From: Eledone cirrhosa
Taxonomy: Eukaryota
Assembly: GCA_964016885.1 (NCBI GenBank)
Contig: OZ024740.1
Location: 191,766,001 to 191,830,000, forward strand
Reading direction: 5' to 3'
DNA length: 64,000 bases
Every line of letters starts with the position of its first letter. The first letter of the stretch is position 1. Shown here in pieces: positions 30,740-42,229 of the stretch. The translations under genes and the position numbers were made by a program. The notes under the pieces are model-generated. The model was given only the letters and a program-made list of their open reading frames with translations. It did not search any database and was not told where the DNA came from.

Positions 30740-30810
30740 TTTCAACTTTTTGGCACAAGGCCAGCAATTACCCAGTGCGTTACTGGTACTTTATTTTATC
30801 GACCCTTTTA
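30740..30810 (-). mobile_element. SINE 3' fragment
   Basis: TTTTGGCACAAGGCCAGCAATT..TACTGGTACTTTATTTTATCGACC. Confidence 0.7.
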
Positions 30811-31087
30811 TTTTATCGCACATACACCTCATCAATTTACTTTTTAACCGTTATTTTCAGCTTGTTTCATTTTCACCGCGTTCCTGAACAAAAGTCTCTC
30901 TCTCTCTTCCTTCTTTCTTTTTTCCTTTTTTTTCCTTTTTCCCTCTCTTCACTTTATTTTTCCTTTTTCTACTTCTTTCCTTTTCTTCTATTTTCCTATC
31001 TTTTTCTTACTCTTATATTTCTGTCATATGTGGAATTTGTACTTTCCTGTTGACAAGTGTTTTTAGGCCTCATATCATGTTACCTTC

Positions 31088-31156
31088 TTTTATCTGATGA
31101 GAACATCATTTTTTATGTCCCAGGATGATGTTGTTTTCGAAATAAGCATAATCAAA
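31088..31156 (+). ncRNA. Candidate type I hammerhead
   Basis: TTTTAT-CTGATGA-GAACATCAT...ATGATGTT(GTTT)TC-GAAA-TAAGCA-TA-ATCAAA. Bulged stem II, one stem I mismatch, at the end of a T-rich UTR-like tract before (TA)n. Confidence 0.55.
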
Positions 31157-31207
31157 TATATAGAACTTTTTTAACCATCTTTTAATTTGTTTCTATATAT
31201 ATAGTTT

Positions 31208-31302
31208 TAATATAGATGAGATTCTACAGAACTAGAACTGTTTCATTTGATGATTTCTAAAGAATGAAACAGTTCTAGCTCTGTAGAATCTCATCTATAT
31301 TA
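31208..31302. repeat. 40-bp-arm hairpin whose centre lies inside an HHR-like motif
   Basis: Arms 31208-31247 and 31263-31302 (1 mismatch). Spacer plus right arm read TGATGA-TTTCT-AA-AGAAT-GAAA-CAGTTCTAG-CT-CTGTAG. Confidence 0.85.
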
Positions 31303-32261
31303 CAAACCTTTATACTCTGCTATGTATTGAGTACCTTATTGTTGTTACCTCCGATTCAACCCGGAAAAACGTATATATATATATAAATATGTGTGTGTGG
31401 GGGCCGGTGGGGGGTGGGGGGTATAATTTCGAGCTTAATGAGTTTATGTCATTTGAAATAGAAACAGAAAGTCATTAATATAATGGTACATCTTTTTCTT
31501 TTTTCTAGGGTTTCTGAATCTAGAGCAATGTCGTAATCATATATAGTGATATCCAGAATTTGATAATATTTTGTTATCCTCTCTATCTTTTTCTCTTTTC
31601 CCTAAATTAGACATAACAGAGACATTACCATGTATACTCAAATATCAACTGACCTAAATATAATCTAAACTCCTATTTTATGCCTCAGAAATGAGCAAAA
31701 ATCGAAAACCCATTTATAAGCTGAGGTAGCTAATCAACACATTATGTTTAGATGGTGTGGTTTTGAAATACTCATGAGTATTAAATATATTTATGAAGTT
31801 TTAATATTTTGATGTTTAAAATGTTTTAAGTGTCGTTTAAAATATTGTCTTTGTTTCACAACTCCATTATGTAATGCATTTTTACCATTTCATTCGTGTT
31901 ATAATTTCAACAAGTTTCTCAAACTGTTACTTACTTCTGGCCACTCACATACTGGGAGTAGTTGAAAGTAAACAATCGAAAAAGAGAACCTTCTATACGG
32001 ATTCATTGTGTAGAAGTGGGAGAGAGAGACAGCACGTAAGAGAGAGAGGAGAGATTGAACAAGAAATGGAGAGGGAGAGAGAGCAATAAAATAAAATCAG
32101 ATTTCTATCTTACGTTTTTAAGCATTATAGGGGTGCAGATGAAAACATGTTTATTTTAGTAGACTTGCTATCAAAGAAAATTCTTTTTTCGTAGCAAAGC
32201 AATTTATTTGTCTCTATTTTCCTCTGATAATATCTAACACAGTTGCCAGTCCACTCAAGGA

Positions 32262-32308
32262 TGCCAGACAGTGTTGTTTCAAAATGTGTTAATCTTTCAT
32301 CAGTGACA
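32262..32308 (-). ncRNA. Type I hammerhead ribozyme (solo)
   Basis: minus strand TGTCA-CTGATGA-AAGAT-TAACAC-ATTTT-GAAA-CA-ACAC-TG-TC-TGGCA; GUC triplet. Confidence 0.78.
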
Positions 32309-32409
32309 CACATTCAATCCATACTGGCATGGAAATAGACTAAAGTCTATATACATTTTTGCAGGTTGTTGTTTTAAATGTCCACTTTCCCTGCTAGCAA
32401 GAGTTGGAC

Positions 32410-32464
<55 letters not shown>

Positions 32465-32479
<15 letters not shown>

Positions 32480-33506
32480 GAGGCTGTCTGTCTGTCTGTA
32501 TAAATCCCTAAAACTCGAGAAGTACCCACCCCACTTGTTTCAAACTTTACCCATACGTTACTTCAATGTCTGGAAGTGCAATGGGCTAAACACATGTTAA
32601 CTTTTTCTGCCCTAGGGTCCGCATTAGGCGAAAACCAGCATTTTAAAAGCATGTTTTAGTCTTTTTTGAGGCGTTACTTAAAGATAATCCAACCGATTTC
32701 CTCGAAATTTGCAGCACACATTAGTTTCTCCCCCCTCCCACACTTCTGTGGACAAACAGATTTCCGATTACATAAATGGTTTCTAGGAAATTTACGAATT
32801 AGCATTGGGCATTACATGCCTTTTTCATTTTCAGTATAAACGCTACTTAAACATCGAGAGTAGCACATAATATTTCGTTAAAAAATGTGGTTTATTTAAC
32901 AGAGGACACAGCACTTACTTACCTTTAAGCAGGACCATTTTCGTGGGGTTGAGGATATGAGGAGAAACTTTAAATATTTGTCGGCACCCTGTTGACGCTT
33001 CGTACTTTCATTGTGCTAATTCCGCAGTGACACCTTTTGTCGCACCTATATTGCTGTGTAAATGCAGTGCAACCAGTGCCGCCCAGTATTTGTGTTAATT
33101 GCACTATGACACCCTTCTGTTGCAGCGACGTTGCCACGTTGATTTCGTCATCTCAATATCCCTACTTAAACGTTCATCCCTACTTGGTTTTCACACAATT
33201 GACTCCGTCACTCCGTCAGACTGACATGTGTTCCCCATCTGTGACGTAATTCGTGAACAGACGTACGACATACATCACCCCACAACACTTACTTACTACT
33301 TTCGCATACAGGATTTCCGCAATCAGCCCACTGACTCCGCCACTATGGCTTCTGCCTGCTGGTGTTCTACGTTTCCAGTAGTTGATCAATCATTCCCTGA
33401 GAATAAGGGAATTCAAAAAGTACACAGCTACACTCCTCAATCTTTGCATATGCGTGTTGCTGTTTCATGTTTCCTACCCCGTGCAACGCCGGGTCCATGC
33501 TGCTAG
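32465..33506 (+). mobile_element. Non-autonomous Helitron
   Basis: 5' TATAAAACAGAGGCTGTCTGTCTG (like the 28709 family); 3' CCCGTGCAACGCCGGG...CTGCTAG|T. Confidence 0.8.
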
Positions 33507-33559
33507 TAATATATATATCGAAATAAAACATAGCAGTGTATGTGTTTGTGTGTCTCTAA

Positions 33560-33611
<52 letters not shown>

Positions 33612-33689
33612 TTCGTTTTTTAATTTGTTTTGCATGTTTTCTCATCAGAAAAACGTGTGTTGAAACATATATTTTTATATTTTGGGAAG

Positions 33690-33830
33690 GTCATGCTGGC
33701 AATATGTGCAGTTCAGAACAAAGGAGAGACACAAAACAAATCAAGCGTCACTGAGGAGGTCACAGAATGTGTGACGAATGAGCATTGCCAATATATAAAC
33801 AACCATTCTGTTATCTAACTTACCAACCGA
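33690..33830 (+). repeat. PLE terminal repeat copy with degenerate HHR (33747-33789)
   Basis: Similar to 35640-35780; GTCA-CTGAGGA-G-GTCACA-GAATG-TGTGAC-GAAT (core mutated). Confidence 0.65.
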
Positions 33831-34278
33831 GCGGAATTGTATAATAACCTTGAATTGAAAACCAACATGTGCGTAAGTTTTATTGGCAGCATGACCATCC
33901 CAATGTTTAACTATCAATGCTTATCAGCATTGTATATTCTTTACAACATGTTTAAAATAGGAAGATATGTTGAATGTGCAATTTCAAAATAGGACAATTT
34001 TCATCTGAAATCACCGATAAATATATATATCACTCTATAATCGTCAGAAGAAAGTAACAATTTTTCATAATGATGGCACTTTAAAGAGAAAGATAACATT
34101 TAACAATTACAATATATATATATATATACATTTGAGTATGTTTTGGTTTATTACGATACTTCAGTATGCAGGGTAGAGCACTCAATGAAGTGCGCAGGTG
34201 GGTAGGTTTACTCGGAAGTAATTTAGAAACAGGTAGTGAGATTCATCAGGTTAAAATTAACTTAGTTTGTCCTTATAC

Positions 34279-34337
34279 GCTGTTATATATATTTCGGTGA
34301 TAACTATTTTGCAACAGATATCACCTCATCAGACAGC
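34279..34337 (-). ncRNA. Type I hammerhead ribozyme (solo, canonical)
   Basis: minus strand GCTGT-CTGATGA-GGTGATATCTGTT-GCAA-AATAGTTATCACC-GAAA-TATATA-TA-ACAGC. Confidence 0.9.
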
Positions 34338-34979
34338 TAGATTTTGAAATGAAAAAAACGAAATATACAATGATGGAATAAAGCTTATATCAGTCATTTC
34401 GATTTTTGATATGTTCAGTATAGAAGTATGGTGTGTGCACATGTACTTGTGCACATATGCGGGTATGTGCATGTGTATACTGAATATCTATTGCGTATAT
34501 ATACGTATGTACAAACGTATGTGTATATTTTACGCGAATATATGCGAGTATATGTACTGTATTTTTATCTATACTTATTTCTATACAATATAACCACACT
34601 TCGCATGCTTCCGCACGTGCCAGCGCACTTATATGTACAAGCCTAAATCCTATAAGTATACGTTTAATGTTTTCATCATTATTATTAATTTTACTATCAT
34701 ACCTTGCATTTTCTTCGTTTACTCATTTTAATTTTAATTGCATCATTTACATAAAGCTGAACATTACTGTGCTATTCTCCATCGAATATCAGTTTAATTA
34801 TTTTTTTGATAGCCAAAAATATGTTTTTCTTAGCCAGAAATTGTTATTCCCGCTCATTATAATGACGTAATTATCCCTGCATAAAGTTCGTCTATTGCCA
34901 GAGAATGTCTTCATGCACCAATCGTTCTTTGAAATATTTTACTTCTGCATACATAGATTGATAATTCAGAAGGGCACAA

Positions 34980-35890
34980 AATAGGATGAAATCCACGATT
35001 TTTGCTTAAACGTTCATCTCTACTAAAAATTAATAGATAAACTTAAACTAAATATTAAGACAGTGGAAAGATCAGGTACCTCCACAAAAACACTTATTAG
35101 TAATACATACCCTTTTCAAAGATCTCCCTCTATAGATAAGAAATGGATAATCTGTAAATTAAGCCCCCATATTAACTGTAAAACTAGAAACATAGTATAT
35201 AGCATAAGATGTACTGAGGGACAATGTTTAGATAAGAATATAATGTACATAGGTGAGACAGCTCGTAGCATAGGAGAACGATTAAATGAACACTGCCGAG
35301 AACTCCAAGATAGTAAAGACTCATCAGTACTCCACCAACATGCAAAAATAGAACATAAGCGCAAATTAGAGAACATAGAAATAAAAATAAAATCTACACA
35401 CAGAAAAGACGCAATGTTTAGACAAATCAAAGAGGCAATAAACATAAATGAACTCCAACAAACACTAAATAGAAAACATGAATAGCAACATCACAACTTA
35501 AAATTAAGGAGAAAATGAAAACACACACACATAGAACAGACAACTATCTAGTAACATGTAAATAAACAAATAAAAACACACACATACACCCGGATGTAAC
35601 GCATGCGCACACTAAGCACACAACACACACAACAACAAGATGGCGTAGGACAGTACAAAGGAGAGGCAAAACACAAAGAAAATAATCCCCAGTCACTGAT
35701 GAGGTCACAGGATGTGTGACAAAAGAACTTTGACAATATATGAACAACCGTCCGTTTTTGGAACCAACCATCTAACTGGAAATTTATGAATTTTTTAAAT
35801 TTATGATTTAATTTATAATAAATTGAAGTGAAAGTTGCTGGTGCGTGTGTTTCTTATTGTCATCATGACCCTGTCAAAGTATAACAATAA
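34980..35890 (+). mobile_element. 5'-truncated PLE: GIY-YIG ORF 35063-35485 and terminal repeat with degenerate HHR (35692-35734)
   Basis: INCKTRNIVYSIRCTEGQC..MYIGETARSIGERLNEH..SVLHQHAKIEH..FRQIKEAINI..LNRKHE; GTCA-CTGATGA-G-GTCACA..TGTGAC-AAAA-GAAC-TT-TGAC. Confidence 0.88.
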
Positions 35891-35892
35891 CA

Positions 35893-35929
<37 letters not shown>

Positions 35930-36109
35930 CTCCCTTCCTTCCGCTAACGCGATGCGTGCGGATGTTTGAAAACTTCCTCACCTCCACGTCGGCTTCTTTG
36001 TGGGATTCAATTAAAATGAAGAAAGTGATATATTGTGAATGTTTGTGAAATCAAACCTCACTGAATTGGATCTTCCATGTTTTCACAAACATGGAAGATC
36101 CAATTCTTC

Positions 36110-36310
36110 TGCACTTCTTCCAATGTAGGCGTATCCAACACCTCAAGAATTATAGTAAATTCAGGCAGGTTATTGATGGTATCAGCTATAACATCCGGGG
36201 GAGGGGGTATAAACAGATCAGCAAAATGCTCGCTCCGTCGTTCAATTATACTGTCCGCTTTTTTGGGAATGCTAAACATGTAATATGACCTTGCGCTGTG
36301 TGAATCATTA
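36110..36310 (-). mobile_element. LINE (RTE-like) internal fragment
   Basis: IIERRSEHFADLFIP...LEVLDTPTLEEVQK matches the RWxEHF...PTxEEV region preceding LINE RT domains. Confidence 0.7.
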
Positions 36311-36468
36311 AGCTAAGGTGCCACCGACTAGTTTTACCCTTATTTAAAGCCTTATTAATCAGCAATTACATTGATTAATAATGAATATTTGAAAATATAT
36401 TGATAGATACTCTCTCACACATACGCAATTATATGTTTCTGGTGGGAATGTGTGTGTGTGCGTATATG

Positions 36469-36555
<87 letters not shown>

Positions 36556-36564
<9 letters not shown>

Positions 36565-37532
36565 TAAACAAATAATGAACAAACAATTCCTTATATTAAA
36601 CAAAAAAAGTTCACTATTTAACGATCGTTTCTAGGGCATATATGTGCTATAATTGGTATGCATATTTAACAGATCTATGTACAAAATTATACAAAATTAT
36701 ACAAATTATCAAGATTAAATATACATACCTAACTCATATATACGCCGTCTTCAGAAATAATGAAGTATATTTATTGATAATAACAACAATTCAAAATATC
36801 AGTTCAAAATTGACCAATGAAAACACAAAGGGTTAAAAAGCAGTTTGGTGTGTGTATATACATGTAAAACCCTACACACATTTTACAATAATGTGTGTAT
36901 AATATGTATGTGCATACTAAAAAGATGGATGCAAATAAAAAATTTTCAAGGTTAATATCTCTGTAAGCTTAATGCGCTGATAAGATACGCAATGATACTT
37001 ATGTAGTCAAGCATATAAATATATTTTTTTCATACTCACACATATCAGTATAATCACACATACATGTGCGTATATATATAAATATACACATAACCACGAA
37101 CACACAAACACACACACACCCCCCACTCACATTTATATATGTGGATATAAAATCATAAGCAAATAGAAATTAAGTCACTCACATAAACACACTGGTACAC
37201 ACATTTCAAGATCAAGATACAGAAATTAGGCGGGAGGGGGGGGGAGGGGTCAGTATTAGGTTGTCAGACCAGACAGCCTAATATAAATGTATCTATAAAT
37301 TATGAAAAATAAAAAAATAAAAACAATAAAATATATTACATAATATAATGTACATACGCATACAGATATACATACACATACGTACATGTACGCGCACATA
37401 GAGATATCTACACATACATACATACACACATACCTATACTGTCATACACACACATACATTTACACGAACATACACATACACATATAAAAAGATAAAAATA
37501 CGGACACACACACGCGCAACTCATACACACAT

Positions 37533-37579
<47 letters not shown>

Positions 37580-37691
37580 TATACACACACACACATAGAC
37601 TCATATATATATACATACACATACATATACTTATACATAAACATATATATCCCACACTCATACCACCATAAAAACACATACAAACATCCAG

Positions 37692-37741
<50 letters not shown>

Positions 37742-37915
37742 ATACACACACGTACACATATATGCATATATACATACACATATACACACATACACATATA
37801 TATATATATACACACACACATAAAATACAGATGTATTTACGTGTATATATGTATGTACGTGTATATATGTATGTATATGTATGTGTATGTATGTATATGT
37901 GTATATGTGTGTATA

Positions 37916-37954
<39 letters not shown>

Positions 37955-38173
37955 CTTTATTATTATTGTAATATAACTTATGTGTATATGTGTATAAGTG
38001 AGGTTGTGTATGTATATATACTATGTGTATATATAAGGGTAATGAAATGTATATATATATATATATATATATATATGTGCATGTCTGTATTTTATGTGTG
38101 TGTGTATATATATATATATGTGTATGTGTGTATATGTGTATGTATATATGCATATATGTGTACGTGTGTGTAT

Positions 38174-38223
<50 letters not shown>

Positions 38224-38335
38224 CTGGATGTTTGTATGTGTTTTTATGGTGGTATGAGTGTGGGATATATATGTTTATGTATAAGTATATGTATGTGTAT
38301 GTATATATATATGAGTCTATGTGTGTGTGTGTATA

Positions 38336-38384
<49 letters not shown>

Positions 38385-39361
38385 ATGTGTGTATGAGTTG
38401 CGCGTGTGTGTGTCCGTATTTTTATCTTTTTATATGTGTATGTGTATGTTCGTGTAAATGTATGTGTGTGTATGACAGTATAGGTATGTGTGTATGTATG
38501 TATGTGTAGATATCTCTATGTGCGCGTACATGTACGTATGTGTATGTATATCTGTATGCGTATGTACATTATATTATGTAATATATTTTATTGTTTTTAT
38601 TTTTTTATTTTTCATAATTTATAGATACATTTATATTAGGCTGTCTGGTCTGACAACCTAATACTGACCCCTCCCCCCCCCTCCCACCTAATTTCTGTAT
38701 CTTGATCTTGAAATGTGTGTACCAGTGTGTTTATGTGAGTGACTTAATTTCTATTTGCTTATGATTTTATATCCACATATATAAATGTGAGTGGGGGGTG
38801 TGTGTGTGTTTGTGTGTTCGTGGTTATGTGTATATTTATATATATACGCACATGTATGTGTGATTATACTGATATGTGTGAGTATGAAAAAAATATATTT
38901 ATATGCTTGACTACATAAGTATCATTGCGTATCTTATCAGCGCATTAAGCTTACAGAGATATTAACCTTGAAAATTTTTTATTTGCATCCATCTTTTTAG
39001 TATGCACATACATATTATACACACATTATTGTAAAATGTGTGTAGGGTTTTACATGTATATACACACACCAAACTGCTTTTTAACCCTTTGTGTTTTCAT
39101 TGGTCAATTTTGAACTGATATTTTGAATTGTTGTTATTATCAATAAATATACTTCATTATTTCTGAAGACGGCGTATATATGAGTTAGGTATGTATATTT
39201 AATCTTGATAATTTGTATAATTTTGTATAATTTTGTACATAGATCTGTTAAATATGCATACCAATTATAGCACATATATGCCCTAGAAACGATCGTTAAA
39301 TAGTGAACTTTTTTTGTTTAATATAAGGAATTGTTTGTTCATTATTTGTTTAATATTTTAT
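36556..39361. repeat. ~1.28-kb-arm inverted repeat (36556-37831 / 38084-39361), near identical, one HHR per arm
   Basis: Identical ORFs at 36642+ and 39081-; only about one substitution and microsatellite length differences seen. Confidence 0.95.
39153..39307 (+). ncRNA. Type I hammerhead with a ~95-nt stem II insertion (mirror copy 36610-36764, -)
   Basis: TTCATTATTT-CTGAAGA-C-GGCGTATAT...ATATATGCC-CTA-GAAA-CGATCG-TT-AAATAGTGAA; 10-bp stem I, ACGATCGT palindrome. Confidence 0.75.
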
Positions 39362-39492
39362 CTTGACTCTGTATACCGTTTATCTTTCACCGAAATTGGA
39401 TTTTCATTACATCTCTTCTTTCCATGATATCCGGAATACATTGAGTTCTTCATACGGATTGGACACTACCGTAAACTCTTGGTAGATTTATC

Positions 39493-39617
<125 letters not shown>

Positions 39618-39954
39618 CTGCTGAGTATCGAGGATCACTTGGTAACGATGCTTTAACCTGAGTCATGCGTAAACCGAAGCGATACGTAAACGTGAGAAGG
39701 TTCCTTCTTCACTCTCTCTCGAGAATATTTTGCTCAACTGTTTCTTGTTTGAGGTTGTTCTAGTGGTTGATCGCTCATGCAGAAAATAATTGGTTCCCTG
39801 GGACTTGGTTGGTGTTGCTCCTAAAGCTTCTGGCTGTGTCTTCGCGTAATCCTGCTGAGTTACTGTCTGAAGAGTGTATTGTCGCAGATGGGACATCTTC
39901 TAGTGTAATGTTGTTTAAAAAATATTTTAGAGCTTTTATATCAATTAGAAATTG

Positions 39955-40212
39955 ATATATATATAATAAACATGTGAAACAATCACAGGGAATAATTTGT
40001 AAAAGTGTGTTAAAAATCCGGGATTTGGCTACTGTGGTTTACCAATCGATTGATGGTGAAATATATTTCTATAATGAAATATATACAAGGAAGATTAATC
40101 ATTTTAAAAGTTATCTATATTTGAAGTTCTAGTAAAACTTTAATTAGTTACCTACCTAGTTATGTGTGCTTACACACTTTACAAATTATCCACTATGATT
40201 GTTTCATATGTT

Positions 40213-40271
<59 letters not shown>

Positions 40272-40845
40272 AATCAATTTCTAGTTGATATAAAATGCTC
40301 GGATCTATTCATTGGAAATATTTGAGCATATTCTACAGTTGATATGGCGCATGTCTTTTGGACATGACATCCTTAATTTAATTTTCGATATATATACGGA
40401 CCTTTAATTGTAGAGCTAACTCAGATGAAAGGACTCGGCTGCTATTTCTATTTGTCGATAACCCTATTCACGCCACTGGGATGAAGCTGGTACGATATGT
40501 GTATATACAAAAAAATGCAACACGTGCTGCTCTTCATTCGCAGATTTGGATTTGCTGTATAAACACAGATAGTTAAATCTTCTCCCTTGTTGGAAATCCG
40601 GAATTTGGCTACTGTGGTTTACCGATCGATTGATGGTGAAATGTATTTCTTTAATGAAATATATACAAGTAAGTTTAATCATTTTAAAAGGTATCTTTAT
40701 TTGATGTTCTAGTAAAACTTTAATTAGTTCCTACGTAACTATGTGTGCTTACACACTTTTACAAATCATTCCCTGTGATTGTTTCATATGTTTATTTTAG
40801 ATATATATATATATGTTAATCTATTTCTAGTTGATATATATTTAT
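39955..40845. repeat. Local duplication (40015-40290 / 40595-40840) with a short inverted 5' piece (39940-40010)
   Basis: direct reading. Confidence 0.7.
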
Positions 40846-41009
40846 ATCAGTATTTTTAACCGATAGTCAGTCACTGATAAATATTGATTGCCAGATACAT
40901 TAACTATGACAATATAAAATATGCAGAGGCGAAGACCAACCAAACAGTGAGTGTGTTCTGTTATTATTTCTGGCAATATTATTACAACAACATGACCATC
41001 CCCATGTAT

Positions 41010-41225
<216 letters not shown>

Positions 41226-41270
41226 CTAGAGAGAAAGAGAGAGAGAGAAGTAGTAGCACAGCAGTTAGTT

Positions 41271-41381
41271 CAAGAACAATTGTTTCACCTTGCGGATCTT
41301 CAGCTCGGACTGATAAATTAAGTCCGAGCTGATATGATCAATCCGAGCTGAAGATCCGCAAAATGAAACAATTATTCTCGG
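41271..41381. ncRNA. Back-to-back pair of very small hammerheads (41271-41307 -, 41343-41381 +)
   Basis: minus: CGAG-CTGAAGA-TCC-GCAA-GGT-GAAA-CAATTG-TT-CTTG; plus: CCGAG-CTGAAGA-TCCGCAAAAT-GAAA-CAATTA-TT-CTCGG. Confidence 0.75.
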
Positions 41382-42172
41382 TATCGTAAACTAACTGTTG
41401 TGTTACTCCTTCTACCTAACCAGTGCCATGAAACTGAGTTCTCTACTACTACGGATATTACCCTCCAGTGTTCTACCATTATATATTATATATATATATT
41501 GTCATACATGGGGAGTGTCATATTGTTATAATATTGCCAGGAATAATAACCGAACACATCATAAAACAGCTTCGTATATCTTGGTTTTCATTGCTGTTGC
41601 TGATATCATTGTGTTGTGCTGGTGCTATGGACATAACTCTGTTTAAAATACTACTGAAACTAAAGCTTTACACACCGCACTATCTGAATCGCAGTTCAGT
41701 AAAAAATAAATTCATAAAAGTAAATTTTGAACCACTTTGATCGTAGACAATTTGTATTAAAAAAATACAGAAATACATAGCAGATTGCACATGATCATTA
41801 CAAATTATTCCCAGGCAAAGCAGAACGGTTTTATGTACATGTTAATAGGATTATCGACGCCATGAATGCAGTAAAGAACTATGACTTTAAATTTAACGAC
41901 GTTATCGGTGACGTTTTAGCAGCTTCGTTATACTTGTGTATTAAAATATAAAAAAAAAACATCTGGACATCTTCAAAACAGGAAAAGTATTAAATTAACG
42001 TCAGCCAATAAGAAATTAGACATCATCTACTTATGTAAAATGTTATCAACATTATACATCTAAATGTGAATGTAAAAGTATAGCTATGCACTCAATAAAA
42101 TATATAACAATAAATATACATATATGAACACACACATGCACAAACACACACACATGCACACACACACACATA

Positions 42173-42203
<31 letters not shown>

Positions 42204-42229
42204 TATATATATATATATATATATATATG

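Noticed and set aside
33640-33680. CAGAAAA..GAAACATATAT (relative at ~51830-51860, -)
   Set aside because: No stable stems in either copy
40025-40075. ACCAATC/GATGGT-GAAA-TATA-TT resembling an HHR 3' half (also ~40620-40650)
   Set aside because: No CUGANGA box in either copy
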